Notes under the pieces: model-generated | Database searches by the model: none | Seen by the model: only the letters and a program-made list of their open reading frames with translations | What the model was told of the DNA's origin: nothing | Program-made: the position numbers and the translations under genes | In this document: piece by piece, positions 8,553-17,337 of the stretch | Layout: the number at the start of each line of letters is the position of its first letter | Position numbering within the stretch: the first letter of the stretch is position 1 | NCBI GenBank assembly: GCA_051819785.1 | Contig: JBNJGV010000003.1 | Coordinates: 1 to 41,486 of the forward strand | DNA from: Nanobdellota archaeon | GTDB lineage: Archaea > Nanobdellota > Nanobdellia > Woesearchaeales > DSVV01 | Direction: 5' to 3' | DNA: 41,486 bases

Positions 8553-9104
8553 ATGATTGATGAAATTAAAAAAGATATTCTTGATATTTTAGACAAAACT
8601 GTCAAAGCCTTAGAAAATCATCAAACAGGAAAAATAAGAGAGCTAAGTAACCATACAATCCATAACTCTTCAATATATCAGGACAAAGACGCAATAAACA
8701 TAGCAGTGGTAATATATGCCTTATCAAAACTTATTGAAAAACACCACGACTATCTAGATATTATAAGTAAACTAAAACAAGCTAAAGAAATGCTTGAAAA
8801 AAATGATATCAAAGGCTACGAGGATGGACTCGCTGGAACAGTTGATATAATATACACTTTCGATAAAAAAATTAATTTTTATACCAAACATATAATAAAC
8901 AGGGCAGGGATTAAAAAAGGAAGCAGAATATATGAACATGGTATATCCCTTGCGCGTACTGCTGAAATATTAAACATCAGCCAATGGGAACTTGCAAAAT
9001 ATCTTGGGCAAACAAACATTCCTGACATGCAGGGTAATTTTGGAACAACCGTTGATGAAAGATTAAAGTATACCAGAGAACTTTTTGGGATTAAAAATGA
9101 ATAA
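8553..9104 (+). CDS. helical protein with C-terminal HTH (UPF0175-like antitoxin-type HTH)
   Basis: The C-terminal GISLARTAEILNISQWELAKYLGQTNIP resembles the UPF0175 HTH. It follows an unrelated helical N-terminal region of about 120 aa. The gene overlaps the next one by 8 nt. Confidence 0.5.
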   Translation: MIDEIKKDILDILDKTVKALENHQTGKIRELSNHTIHNSSIYQDKDAINIAVVIYALSKLIEKHHDYLDIISKLKQAKEMLEKNDIKGYEDGLAGTVDIIYTFDKKINFYTKHIINRAGIKKGSRIYEHGISLARTAEILNISQWELAKYLGQTNIPDMQGNFGTTVDERLKYTRELFGIKNE

Positions 9105-9822
9105 GAAGTTAGTTTTTGATACAGGACCCATAATAACACTTACGCTAAATAATCTATTGTGGATAATCGAGCCTTTAAAAGAGCATCTTAAAGGTGAATT
9201 CTACATATGTCCTGCTGTGTTTGAAGAATTGATAAAAAAGCCACTGACAACAAAAAAATACAAGTTTGAAGCGCTCCAGGTATTGCCTTATATATACAAT
9301 AAAACCATTGAACTAAAAAAAGAAGAAAATTGTAAAAAAAAGACTGAAGAGATGCTTGAGCTTGCTAATAATTGCTTTAGCGGCAAAGGAAATCCTATAA
9401 AAATTGTACATAAAGGCGAAATTGAAGCAATAGCAACTGCTCTTGAAACAGGTGCACAAACCCTTGTAATAGATGAACGTACTACAAGGATATTGATTGA
9501 GAACCCATATTCACTCTCTGAGCATTTATCCAGAAAATTACATACAAATATTGAAATCAACAGAGAAAACCTGGATAAACTAACGAAAGAAATAAAGCAT
9601 CTAAAAGTAATTAGATCATTTGAATTAGGAGTCGCTTCATACGAACTCGGGATTTTAGAAAATTATATGTTAAAAAAAGATGAAGAACTCGAAGAAGTTG
9701 ATAATGTAGATTATTCTGTCTTAGAGGGAGTTCTCTGGGCAATCAAGTTATCCGGATGTTCTGTCACAAGAGAAGATATTGAACAAGTCCTTGAGCTAGA
9801 GAAAAAAAGAACTACTTATTAA
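9097..9822 (+). CDS. PIN-like nuclease-fold protein (DUF3368/COG2405-like) with C-terminal extension
   Basis: LVFDTGPIITLTLNNLLWIIEPL at the N-terminus and GEIEAIATALETGAQTLVIDERTTR match the DUF3368 PIN pattern. The first ATG is at 9097; position 9085 is TTG. Confidence 0.55.
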   Translation: MNKKLVFDTGPIITLTLNNLLWIIEPLKEHLKGEFYICPAVFEELIKKPLTTKKYKFEALQVLPYIYNKTIELKKEENCKKKTEEMLELANNCFSGKGNPIKIVHKGEIEAIATALETGAQTLVIDERTTRILIENPYSLSEHLSRKLHTNIEINRENLDKLTKEIKHLKVIRSFELGVASYELGILENYMLKKDEELEEVDNVDYSVLEGVLWAIKLSGCSVTREDIEQVLELEKKRTTY

Positions 9823-11047
9823 ACCATTTAATTTCTTCTTCATCCAAATCAAACTCATCTATAATCTGCTTAGCCATATCAGGGTTATTTTTTATTATAT
9901 TTTGTACAAAGGGAAGATCTCTTTTTAGGGCTTGTTTTGATGATATATGCGAATTAGAAGAAATTTTCTCGGCAATGGATTCACGCTTTTTATATTTCAT
10001 ATTAGCTATCCATATTTTGAGGGGTCTTTCTGATTGCTTAAACTCAGGCGCAACCGAATACTTCTCATCCTTTGAAACAGAAACTCCTGCGCTAAGGAGT
10101 GCATATATATAAACCAGAAATCTCCAATGCTGTCTTTTCCTTATTCTTCCCTTATAAACATCTGCCCTGGACAATTTTTCATAAGCTCTTGAAAGGTCTT
10201 TTGCTTTTAAGTACTCCTTTGGCAGATTAGCATCCATCCATAAAAATATTTTATCAATATCTTCATCAATATTATCTAAAGCCCTAAGAGCAATGTCAGT
10301 TGAACTTGTCTTAAAAATTTTTAAAAGTGCTGATTCAATACTTCCTTTCTGCTCTCTTTCACTTAAAAAATCTAAATCTTCTTTCTTGAGCCGTCTTGAA
10401 CCCGAAAGCAGCTGAAAGTCGTTTATTGCTGCTCTCATGTCCCCGCCAGATCTCCTAGCAAGGCCCTTCAATGCGACATCATCATACTCTATATTTTCAG
10501 AGTCACCAATTCGCTTAAGATTCAGGTAAATATCTTTATAGTTAAGAATATTAAACTCTATAAGTTCGCATTTCTTTCTTAATCCCTTTAGTTTTTGCTC
10601 ATAAGGATTATGCGATGTAAGCAAAACAGGGAAAACAGACTTTTCAAGAAGTTTAGCCACTGCCTGAAGACCTCCCCTATCTTTTGTACCGGAAAGACAA
10701 TCAACTTCATCAATAAGAATTATCTTGCTTTTTGCAAAAAGCGAAACCTGATGGAGAGCATTACCCAGCACAGAATTTATGCTATTTTTATTCCTTAAAT
10801 CAGATGCATTCAATTCAACAATCTCTGAATCAGTCTCCTTGCCAAGGGCATACACAGCTACAGTTTTCCCACACCCTGTTGGCCCATAGATAATTGCACC
10901 TTTCTTTTTTTGATTTTTATAATTTTTAATATAATCTCTTATCTTATCTATTTGCATATTCTGCCCGAAAACATCCTTTGTCTTCTCGGCAGCATATTTA
11001 ATGGTCCAGGGTAGTTTATCCATTTTAAGAAGAAATATCCGGCCCAT
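9812..11047 (-). CDS. rfcL: replication factor C large subunit
   Basis: LPWTIKYAAEKTKDVFGQ (RFC box II-like), Walker A GPTGCGKT, Walker B ILIDEVD and SGGDMRAAIN (sensor region). A TATA-like box lies about 30 nt upstream of the ATG at 11047. Confidence 0.85.
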   Translation of the reverse strand: MGRIFLLKMDKLPWTIKYAAEKTKDVFGQNMQIDKIRDYIKNYKNQKKKGAIIYGPTGCGKTVAVYALGKETDSEIVELNASDLRNKNSINSVLGNALHQVSLFAKSKIILIDEVDCLSGTKDRGGLQAVAKLLEKSVFPVLLTSHNPYEQKLKGLRKKCELIEFNILNYKDIYLNLKRIGDSENIEYDDVALKGLARRSGGDMRAAINDFQLLSGSRRLKKEDLDFLSEREQKGSIESALLKIFKTSSTDIALRALDNIDEDIDKIFLWMDANLPKEYLKAKDLSRAYEKLSRADVYKGRIRKRQHWRFLVYIYALLSAGVSVSKDEKYSVAPEFKQSERPLKIWIANMKYKKRESIAEKISSNSHISSKQALKRDLPFVQNIIKNNPDMAKQIIDEFDLDEEEIKWFNK

Positions 11048-11071
11048 TATTAAGGTTTTTGTTCTGCAAAA

Positions 11072-11085
11072 CTTTATAAAATAAA
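11072..11085. promoter_or_regulatory. AT-rich TATA-like box shared by the divergent rfcL and hef genes
   Basis: ctttataaaataaa lies about 27 nt upstream of the hef ATG (11103). Its reverse complement lies about 31 nt upstream of the rfcL ATG (11047). The whole spacer is 55 bp. Confidence 0.4.
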
Positions 11086-11102
11086 TTAAGATTCACACAA
11101 AC

Positions 11103-13301
11103 ATGATTAAAGATTTTAAGCCAAGATTATACCAAGAAACAATTTTCGCTAATGCATGCATACAAAATTGTCTTATTGTTCTTCCTACCGGCCTTGGCAA
11201 AACAAACATTTTTTTGATGATTTCAGCACACAGGCTAAAGCAATATCCAAAATCAAAGATAGTGTTACTAGGCCCAACCAGGCCATTGATAGAGCAATAT
11301 AAGAACGTGTTTGAAAAACATTTTAACATAAACCCCGAAGATATGGTTGTATTAACAGGATTAATAAGCCCTGAAAAAAGAAAAGATTTATGGGATAAGC
11401 ATAAAATAATATTTTCAACACCCCAAGGCCTTGAAAACGATATCATCTCAAACAGAATAAGCCTAAAAGATGTTTCACTTCTCGGGTTTGACGAAGCGCA
11501 TAGAGCAGTTGGCGATTATTCGTATGTTTACATAGCAAAAAAATATCAACAAGACGCAAGATACGCCAGGATAATTGCCCTCACTGCAAGCCCTGGTAGC
11601 GAAAAAGAAAAAATAGAAGAAGTGGTCAACAACCTCCACATCCAAGACATACAGATTCGCTCTGACCAGGACAATGATGTGAAAGAATATATAAAAGATA
11701 TAAAAGTAAGCTGGGAAAGGGTCGAATTACCGCAGGATTTCAAAAGAGTTCAGGAATATCTCATCAACTGCCTTAAATCTAAAATCAAGTCAATAGAAGA
11801 GCTGGGCCTTGCAAATAATATAAATAAAAACTCACCAAGCAGAAAAGAGCTTTTAACACTGCAAGCATCACTCCAGGGTGAGTTAGCCCAAGGCAATAAG
11901 GAGTATTCTGTGCTCAAATCACTTTCACTTGCAGCAGAAGCGATGAAAGTACAACATGCAATTGAACTTTTAGAAACGCAATCTACAAGAGCTTTAAACC
12001 TCTATATTGAAGACATAAATAAACAATCGAAAACAACAAAAACAAAAGCAGTACAAAACCTTGTTATAGATACTAACTTTAGGGCAGCTTGCGTATTAAC
12101 CAGAAAACTAATTGAAAAAGATATTGAGCACCCCAAGCTTAAAAGATTAAAAGAATTACTTGAAAAAAGCATCAAAAAAGAAGATTACAAGGTTATTTGT
12201 TTTACACAATTCAGAGACACCGCCTCTCTGGTTGCAGAAGAACTTAACAAATGTAAAAACATAAAAGCAAAAATATTCATTGGACAATCAAAAAAAAGAA
12301 ACTCAGGTTTTACACAAAAAGAACAGATAACTATACTTGAAGAATTCAAAAATAACAAATTTAATGTCTTAGTTTCCAGTTCAGTAGGTGAAGAAGGCCT
12401 TGATGTTCCACAGGTTGATGAAGTTATTTTTTATGAACCAATCCCCTCTGCAATAAGGCATATTCAGAGAAGAGGAAGAACAGGAAGGCAGGATAAAGGC
12501 AATATGAAAGTACTCCTAACTAAAGGTACAAGAGATGAAATTTACAAATGGTCTGCATTTCATAAGGAGAAAAAGATGTACTCTGCGCTTGAAAAGGTTA
12601 AAAATGAACTTGTCTTCAAAAGATACGAAAAAAAACCACAACCAGCCAAAGAAATGAATAAAGAGATAACTGTTTTTGCAGACCATCGCGAAAAAGGCAA
12701 CAGGGTAATAAAAGAGCTTGATTCAATGGGTGTCTACTTAAGGCTTGAAAAACTGGACTACGGAGATTATTTACTTGGTAATCAATGTTGTGTAGAGTTC
12801 AAAACTGTCGAAGATTTTGTTGATTCATTAATAGATGGTAGATTACTCGAGCAAGTGAAACAATTAAAATCCCACTATGAAAAACCTATCCTTTTTGTTG
12901 AAGGAACTCAGGACATATTTTCTGTAAGAAATGTTCATCCCAACGCAATCAGGGGAATAATAGCCACAATCACTGTATCATTCGGTGTGCCAATACTTAT
13001 AACAAAAACTCCAAAAGAGACTTCTCAGATGTTTTTAGCAATTGCAAAACGTGAACAGGAAAACATAGAAAAAGATTTTGCGCTACACTCTCAAAAGCCG
13101 GCCACAACTAAAGAAATGCAAGAGTATTTAGTATCAGCACTTCCCAGTGTAGGCCCATCTCTTGCCAAAGGATTGCTAAAACATTTTAAAAATGTAGAAA
13201 ATATAATAAATGCCTCTGAAAAAGAGCTTACGAGCGTAGAAAGAATCGGCAAGAAAAAAGCGAATCTTATAAGAAAAGTTATTGAAAAGGATTATGGGTA
13301 A
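11103..13301 (+). CDS. hef: Hef helicase/nuclease (FANCM/XPF-like): SF2 helicase + ERCC4 nuclease + HhH2
   Basis: Helicase motifs LPTGLGKT, DEAH (GFDEAHRAVG), LTASPG and QRRGRTGR. The ERCC4 domain has ADHRE...GDYLL...VEFKTVEDFVDSLIDGRLLEQ. The C-terminal SALPSVGPSLAKGLL...IGKKKA matches HhH. Confidence 0.9.
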   Translation: MIKDFKPRLYQETIFANACIQNCLIVLPTGLGKTNIFLMISAHRLKQYPKSKIVLLGPTRPLIEQYKNVFEKHFNINPEDMVVLTGLISPEKRKDLWDKHKIIFSTPQGLENDIISNRISLKDVSLLGFDEAHRAVGDYSYVYIAKKYQQDARYARIIALTASPGSEKEKIEEVVNNLHIQDIQIRSDQDNDVKEYIKDIKVSWERVELPQDFKRVQEYLINCLKSKIKSIEELGLANNINKNSPSRKELLTLQASLQGELAQGNKEYSVLKSLSLAAEAMKVQHAIELLETQSTRALNLYIEDINKQSKTTKTKAVQNLVIDTNFRAACVLTRKLIEKDIEHPKLKRLKELLEKSIKKEDYKVICFTQFRDTASLVAEELNKCKNIKAKIFIGQSKKRNSGFTQKEQITILEEFKNNKFNVLVSSSVGEEGLDVPQVDEVIFYEPIPSAIRHIQRRGRTGRQDKGNMKVLLTKGTRDEIYKWSAFHKEKKMYSALEKVKNELVFKRYEKKPQPAKEMNKEITVFADHREKGNRVIKELDSMGVYLRLEKLDYGDYLLGNQCCVEFKTVEDFVDSLIDGRLLEQVKQLKSHYEKPILFVEGTQDIFSVRNVHPNAIRGIIATITVSFGVPILITKTPKETSQMFLAIAKREQENIEKDFALHSQKPATTKEMQEYLVSALPSVGPSLAKGLLKHFKNVENIINASEKELTSVERIGKKKANLIRKVIEKDYG

Positions 13302-14314
13302 AGATGAACATTTCTTAATCTCATAAGATTAGGTGTGTAAATCTCATTCACAGTAACTGAGCCCCTGTTTGGCACAAATGAAAATCTTATATACTCATCC
13401 CCCTGTATTGAGCGCGGGGTTTCAAAACATAATTTTACAGATTCACCAGGCATAATGTAGCCATCCTTGTGAGATTTCAGAGGGTTAGAGTAATGAACAG
13501 TAAAATAACCTGTATATAGGTTTGAAAAATTAACCTCGGCAACACCACTATGCCTAAGCCCGCTTATTTTAAACATCCCATTTTCAATTTGGCATGTTAT
13601 GCCTTCTTGGGTCTGCCCTTTTTTGCAGTCATTAAAAAAATATTCATCTCTTTTGTCACAATAAGAGCTTATTTGGTCAATATCAGTTATCACTTTATCA
13701 GCTACACAAACTCCAGAATCACCTTTTTCCTTTTCAAGATAAAGGGTTTTAGTTAATGTTGCATTTGAATTCAAGCCATCAACAATCAAACCATGCCTCT
13801 TCCCGTCTTTTTGTTTTTTAATCTTGGCTTTTGAAACATCCAGAAAAGAATTTGAAAAATCCATATCCAACTCAACAACTGGCTTGCCTTTAGTTTTAAT
13901 GCTAACTTTTCCAGGAGTATTCAACCCGGATGCCCCTGGCTGAGTGCTATTAAATGCCCCTGCTTCTATATACAAATTATCAAATCCCTGTTTTTCTAAA
14001 GAATTTTTGTTGCCAATTAAACTATCACTACCATCAGCTATACCATCACCATCACTATCTAGAGAACCACACTGGCCAAGACAGGAGGCCTTTTCTGTTT
14101 GGCAAGTGGATTTACAAGCCTTAAAATTAGACTCACATGTCTCAGAAGATAAACCACAATTGTTTTTTTGCTCAACACACACCTCTCTACAATCATTGAA
14201 AGTATCAATACAATCAGTATGACATTCAAAATAAGTGTCAGAAAAAACAGGAATAACTAATAATAAGGAAACCATAACCCAAATAAATAATTTAGTTGAT
14301 TGTATAATAACCAT
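13292..14314 (-). CDS. secreted Cys-rich protein with Ca-binding-like DxDxDG motif and archaellin-like C-terminus
   Basis: The first ATG is at 14314; the track start at 14344 is GTG. The leader is MVIIQSTKLFIWVMVSLLLVIPVFS, followed by 12 Cys within about 55 aa and DSDGDGIADGSD. The C-terminus PGESVKLCF...IRFSFVPNRGSVTVNEIYTP...VHLYP resembles archaellin C-termini. Confidence 0.6.
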   Translation of the reverse strand: MVIIQSTKLFIWVMVSLLLVIPVFSDTYFECHTDCIDTFNDCREVCVEQKNNCGLSSETCESNFKACKSTCQTEKASCLGQCGSLDSDGDGIADGSDSLIGNKNSLEKQGFDNLYIEAGAFNSTQPGASGLNTPGKVSIKTKGKPVVELDMDFSNSFLDVSKAKIKKQKDGKRHGLIVDGLNSNATLTKTLYLEKEKGDSGVCVADKVITDIDQISSYCDKRDEYFFNDCKKGQTQEGITCQIENGMFKISGLRHSGVAEVNFSNLYTGYFTVHYSNPLKSHKDGYIMPGESVKLCFETPRSIQGDEYIRFSFVPNRGSVTVNEIYTPNLMRLRNVHLYP

Positions 14315-14666
14315 TTGCTGGATCACCTTGACATACGCCTTCACGATAAGTTAATCTCAATGTCTCATTGTGGGTATTCACATATAATATTACTTTTTCC
14401 AAATCAATAGGTTCTGCCCCGGGATTAAGTTTTACCAGATACCTGAAATCTTCTATAGTACCATCTCTTGCATCCCTTGCAGAAAGGTCAACCAAGTCAA
14501 CCCCGGTAGTAACCTGCTTTCTTGCAGAACTTGCTGTGCTAATAGAATCCTTTTGTAACTCCCCTGAATTTAAAATTAATACAGATGCTGCTACTGCAGC
14601 CACCAAAAGAAAAGCTAAAAGAACTATCAATATACCTATACCTGTAGCCCCGGTTTTCCCCCACAT
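14292..14666 (-). CDS. archaellin/type IV pilin-like protein, N-terminal domain only (124 aa)
   Basis: [38 protein letters not shown] matches the class III signal peptide and conserved hydrophobic helix of archaellins. A TATA-like tttataa lies about 28 nt upstream of the ATG. Confidence 0.8.
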   Translation of the reverse strand: [124 protein letters not shown]

Positions 14667-14709
14667 AAAATAAGAACAATAGCCTTGATTTATAAAAGTT
14701 ATGCCAATT

Positions 14710-15558
14710 TCAAACTTTCAGGGATTTAAGTCTTTTAATCCGGTCATTTATAGGCGGATGAGTACTAAGAAGCTTAACTATACCACTTGCTTTAAAGGGA
14801 TTGGCTATAAAAAGGCTCGAACTGCTGGGATTGCCAAACTTTAAGGGATTACTTTTTGTTGATTGCTCAATTTTTGAAAGAGCACTCGCCAACGCTGCAG
14901 GATTATGGATTAATTTGGCTCCAGTCTCATCAGCAAGATATTCTCTTGCTCTTGAAATAGCAAGCTGGATAATCATTGCCATAAATGGCGCCAAAATTGC
15001 AAGGACAAGAATCCCTATCAACCCGCCGCCATCATCATCGTTTCCGCCAAATCCGCCAAAAATAGCACTCCATCTAGCCATAGAAGCAACAAAGCCTATT
15101 ATTCCCGCAATGGTTGCTGCAACAGTCTGAATAAGTATATCTCTATTTTTTATATGGCTTATTTCATGAGATAAAACCCCTTTAAGCTCTGATTTCGAAA
15201 GAAGCCTCAGTAAACCTTCAGTGCAGGCAATGGAAGCATTATTTGGGCTTCTCCCGGTTGCAAAAGCATTGGCTTGAGAAGTTGGAATAATATACAACTT
15301 AGGCATAGGGATTTTTGCATATCTAGAAATTTCCTTTACAATATCATAAAACTCTGGATGGCTTGATTTGCTTACTGGCTTGGCCTTGTACATCTTTAAA
15401 ACTAGTTTGTCCGACCAAAAATAACTTACAAAATTCATTCCGACAACAACTACTATAGCTAAAACTAAACCAAACTGCCCACCTAATAACTGACCTGCAA
15501 AAAGCAATATAGCAGTAAGTGCTGCCAGCAACAAAAAAGTTTTTCCCTGATTAATCAT
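14710..15558 (-). CDS. htpX: HtpX-family M48 membrane metalloprotease
   Basis: HEISHIKNRD (HExxH), a downstream REYLADE, and four hydrophobic segments. The first ATG is at 15558; the longest ORF starts with TTG at 15597. Confidence 0.9.
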   Translation of the reverse strand: MINQGKTFLLLAALTAILLFAGQLLGGQFGLVLAIVVVVGMNFVSYFWSDKLVLKMYKAKPVSKSSHPEFYDIVKEISRYAKIPMPKLYIIPTSQANAFATGRSPNNASIACTEGLLRLLSKSELKGVLSHEISHIKNRDILIQTVAATIAGIIGFVASMARWSAIFGGFGGNDDDGGGLIGILVLAILAPFMAMIIQLAISRAREYLADETGAKLIHNPAALASALSKIEQSTKSNPLKFGNPSSSSLFIANPFKASGIVKLLSTHPPINDRIKRLKSLKV

Positions 15559-15693
15559 AACCCGGTAAAATAATAGATTATTTATAAAATTTATCAAAAA
15601 ATTGATGTAGATTCTGTTGGATTACTAAACAAAATCCCGATATTACACAAAAACAGCATAAAGCATAAAAAAGATATTATTTACTCTTCTAAT

Positions 15694-17337
15694 ATGATTG
15701 AGATAGGGACAGTACTTAAGCATTATAAAAGGCCAAAAATCCAAGAAGAAATGGTTTCAAATTCTAAAGATAGAGAGGTCGCCGTAAAGTTTGGTGATAA
15801 AGGGTTTGGAAAACGGCCCGATACATTCCAATATCCACGGGACATTCTTGAATTTGCTAAACAAAGAGCAACATCATTTCATGTTTCTGAAGAAAGGTGG
15901 TTCAACCCCCTTCAACTACAGACAGGACTGAAACCAAAAGAAATGGATGAAATGAGAAAAGGTTGGGACTTGGTGCTTGATATAGATATTCCTGACTGGA
16001 AACTCTCGAAAATAATAAGCTGGCTCTTGATAAAAGCATTAAAAGAACACGGGGTTAAATCTATATCTGCAAAATTCTCAGGAAACAAAGGATTTCACAT
16101 AGGTGTTCCTTTTGAAGCCTTCCCAAATACCATAAACGGCCAGGAAAGCAGAAAAATGTTTCCCGAAATCTCTAAGGAAATTTCATTTTATCTTATAAAT
16201 TACATCGGCAAAAAACATACTGTTTACAATGAAACTGAAAATTCTGTAACCTTTTCAGAAAGTTACACCTTCACGCTTGATTATATATCCAAAGCCATGC
16301 AAAAAGAACAGTATGAACTGCTTGAATGGAAATGTTCAAAGTGTAATGAACCAATCGAAAAAAGACCAGAGCAGTTCTCATTTGAACATATATGCTCTTC
16401 TTGCGGCAAGATTCTAAGAAATGATGAAGAGTTTAAAAGATGTGATAAATGCGGAGTATTAATGGATAAAAAGCCAATTGAAAAAAAGAAAGTTTGTGAC
16501 TGTGGATCTACAGAAGGGTATAGGGCATTTAGTCCGATTTCAGTTATTGAAGTTGACACCCTCCTCATTTCATCTAGGCACATGTATAGGATGGCTTATT
16601 CTCTTCACGAAAAGTCAGGATTATGTTCAATCCCATTTGACCCTGACAAAATACTTCACTTTGATAAAAAATGGGCAGACCCTTCAAATATATCTTTTTC
16701 AGAGCATAGGTTTCTTGATTCCTCAAATTCAGAGCCTAAAGAGACTTCTGAACTTATACAAAAAGCAAACGAATCAAAAACACAACAAGATGAAAATAAT
16801 ATCAGGCGTGAACAATTCGAGAAACTAGAAAAAGATATAATAAAAACAAACAATATAGACGAAGTACAAGAGGCAATCCCTGCAGATTTCTTCCCCCCTT
16901 GCATAAAAAAAATATTGAAAGGCTTAGAAGATGGTAAAAAAAGATCTCTTTTTATTCTGATTAATTTTTTCGCTAATACCGGCTACGAATGGGAAAACAT
17001 AAAAGATATTTTAAATGACTGGAATAAAAGAAACGCTGAAGAATTAAGACAAGTTATAATAAATGGACAAATAAATTATAGAAAATTAAAGGCAAAAATT
17101 ATGCCTCCTAATTGCAATAACGAAGCATATTACAAAGGGCTGGGTGTCTGTGAGCCTGATAACTTTTGTAATAAAATAAAAAACCCTGTTAATTATGCTA
17201 TCCTTAAAGCAAAAGCTGCAAACTCACAAGGTAAAAAAGGAAGACAGAAACTCACTGATGAGCAAAAGGAAATGAGAAAAAAATTCAGAGAAAGAAAAAA
17301 AAAGGAAAAAGATTCCGGAAACTTTATTAATAACTAA
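15694..17337 (+). CDS. priS: DNA primase, fused PriS catalytic domain + PriL C-terminal (Fe-S) domain
   Basis: AEP motifs WDLVLDIDIPD (DxD), FSGNKGFHIGVP and SRHMYRMAYSLHEKSG. An insert carries four Cys pairs (CSKC, CSSC, CDKC, CDCG). The C-terminal FFPPCIKKILKGLEDGKKRSLFILINFF plus PPNC...GVC...FC resembles the PriL-CTD 4Fe-4S domain. Confidence 0.8.
   Translation: MIEIGTVLKHYKRPKIQEEMVSNSKDREVAVKFGDKGFGKRPDTFQYPRDILEFAKQRATSFHVSEERWFNPLQLQTGLKPKEMDEMRKGWDLVLDIDIPDWKLSKIISWLLIKALKEHGVKSISAKFSGNKGFHIGVPFEAFPNTINGQESRKMFPEISKEISFYLINYIGKKHTVYNETENSVTFSESYTFTLDYISKAMQKEQYELLEWKCSKCNEPIEKRPEQFSFEHICSSCGKILRNDEEFKRCDKCGVLMDKKPIEKKKVCDCGSTEGYRAFSPISVIEVDTLLISSRHMYRMAYSLHEKSGLCSIPFDPDKILHFDKKWADPSNISFSEHRFLDSSNSEPKETSELIQKANESKTQQDENNIRREQFEKLEKDIIKTNNIDEVQEAIPADFFPPCIKKILKGLEDGKKRSLFILINFFANTGYEWENIKDILNDWNKRNAEELRQVIINGQINYRKLKAKIMPPNCNNEAYYKGLGVCEPDNFCNKIKNPVNYAILKAKAANSQGKKGRQKLTDEQKEMRKKFRERKKKEKDSGNFINN

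Noticed and set aside
10950-11047. A PIP-box-like motif at the RFC-L C-terminus (KQIIDEFDL)
   Set aside because: It does not fit the Q-x-x-[ILM]-x-x-[FY]-[FY] consensus because position 4 is Asp, so no claim is made.
11093-11446. Minus-strand 117-aa ORF overlapping the hef start
   Set aside because: It is antisense to the helicase motif I region of hef and would consume the rfcL/hef promoter spacer.
14292-14344. A simple frameshift-pseudogene explanation for the two archaellin-like ORFs
   Set aside because: This is only partly rejected. Fusing the frames would place a hydrophobic signal-peptide-like stretch in the middle of an archaellin globular domain, and the second ORF has its own ATG and leader. 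I therefore favour two genes. An assembly indel cannot be excluded without the reads.
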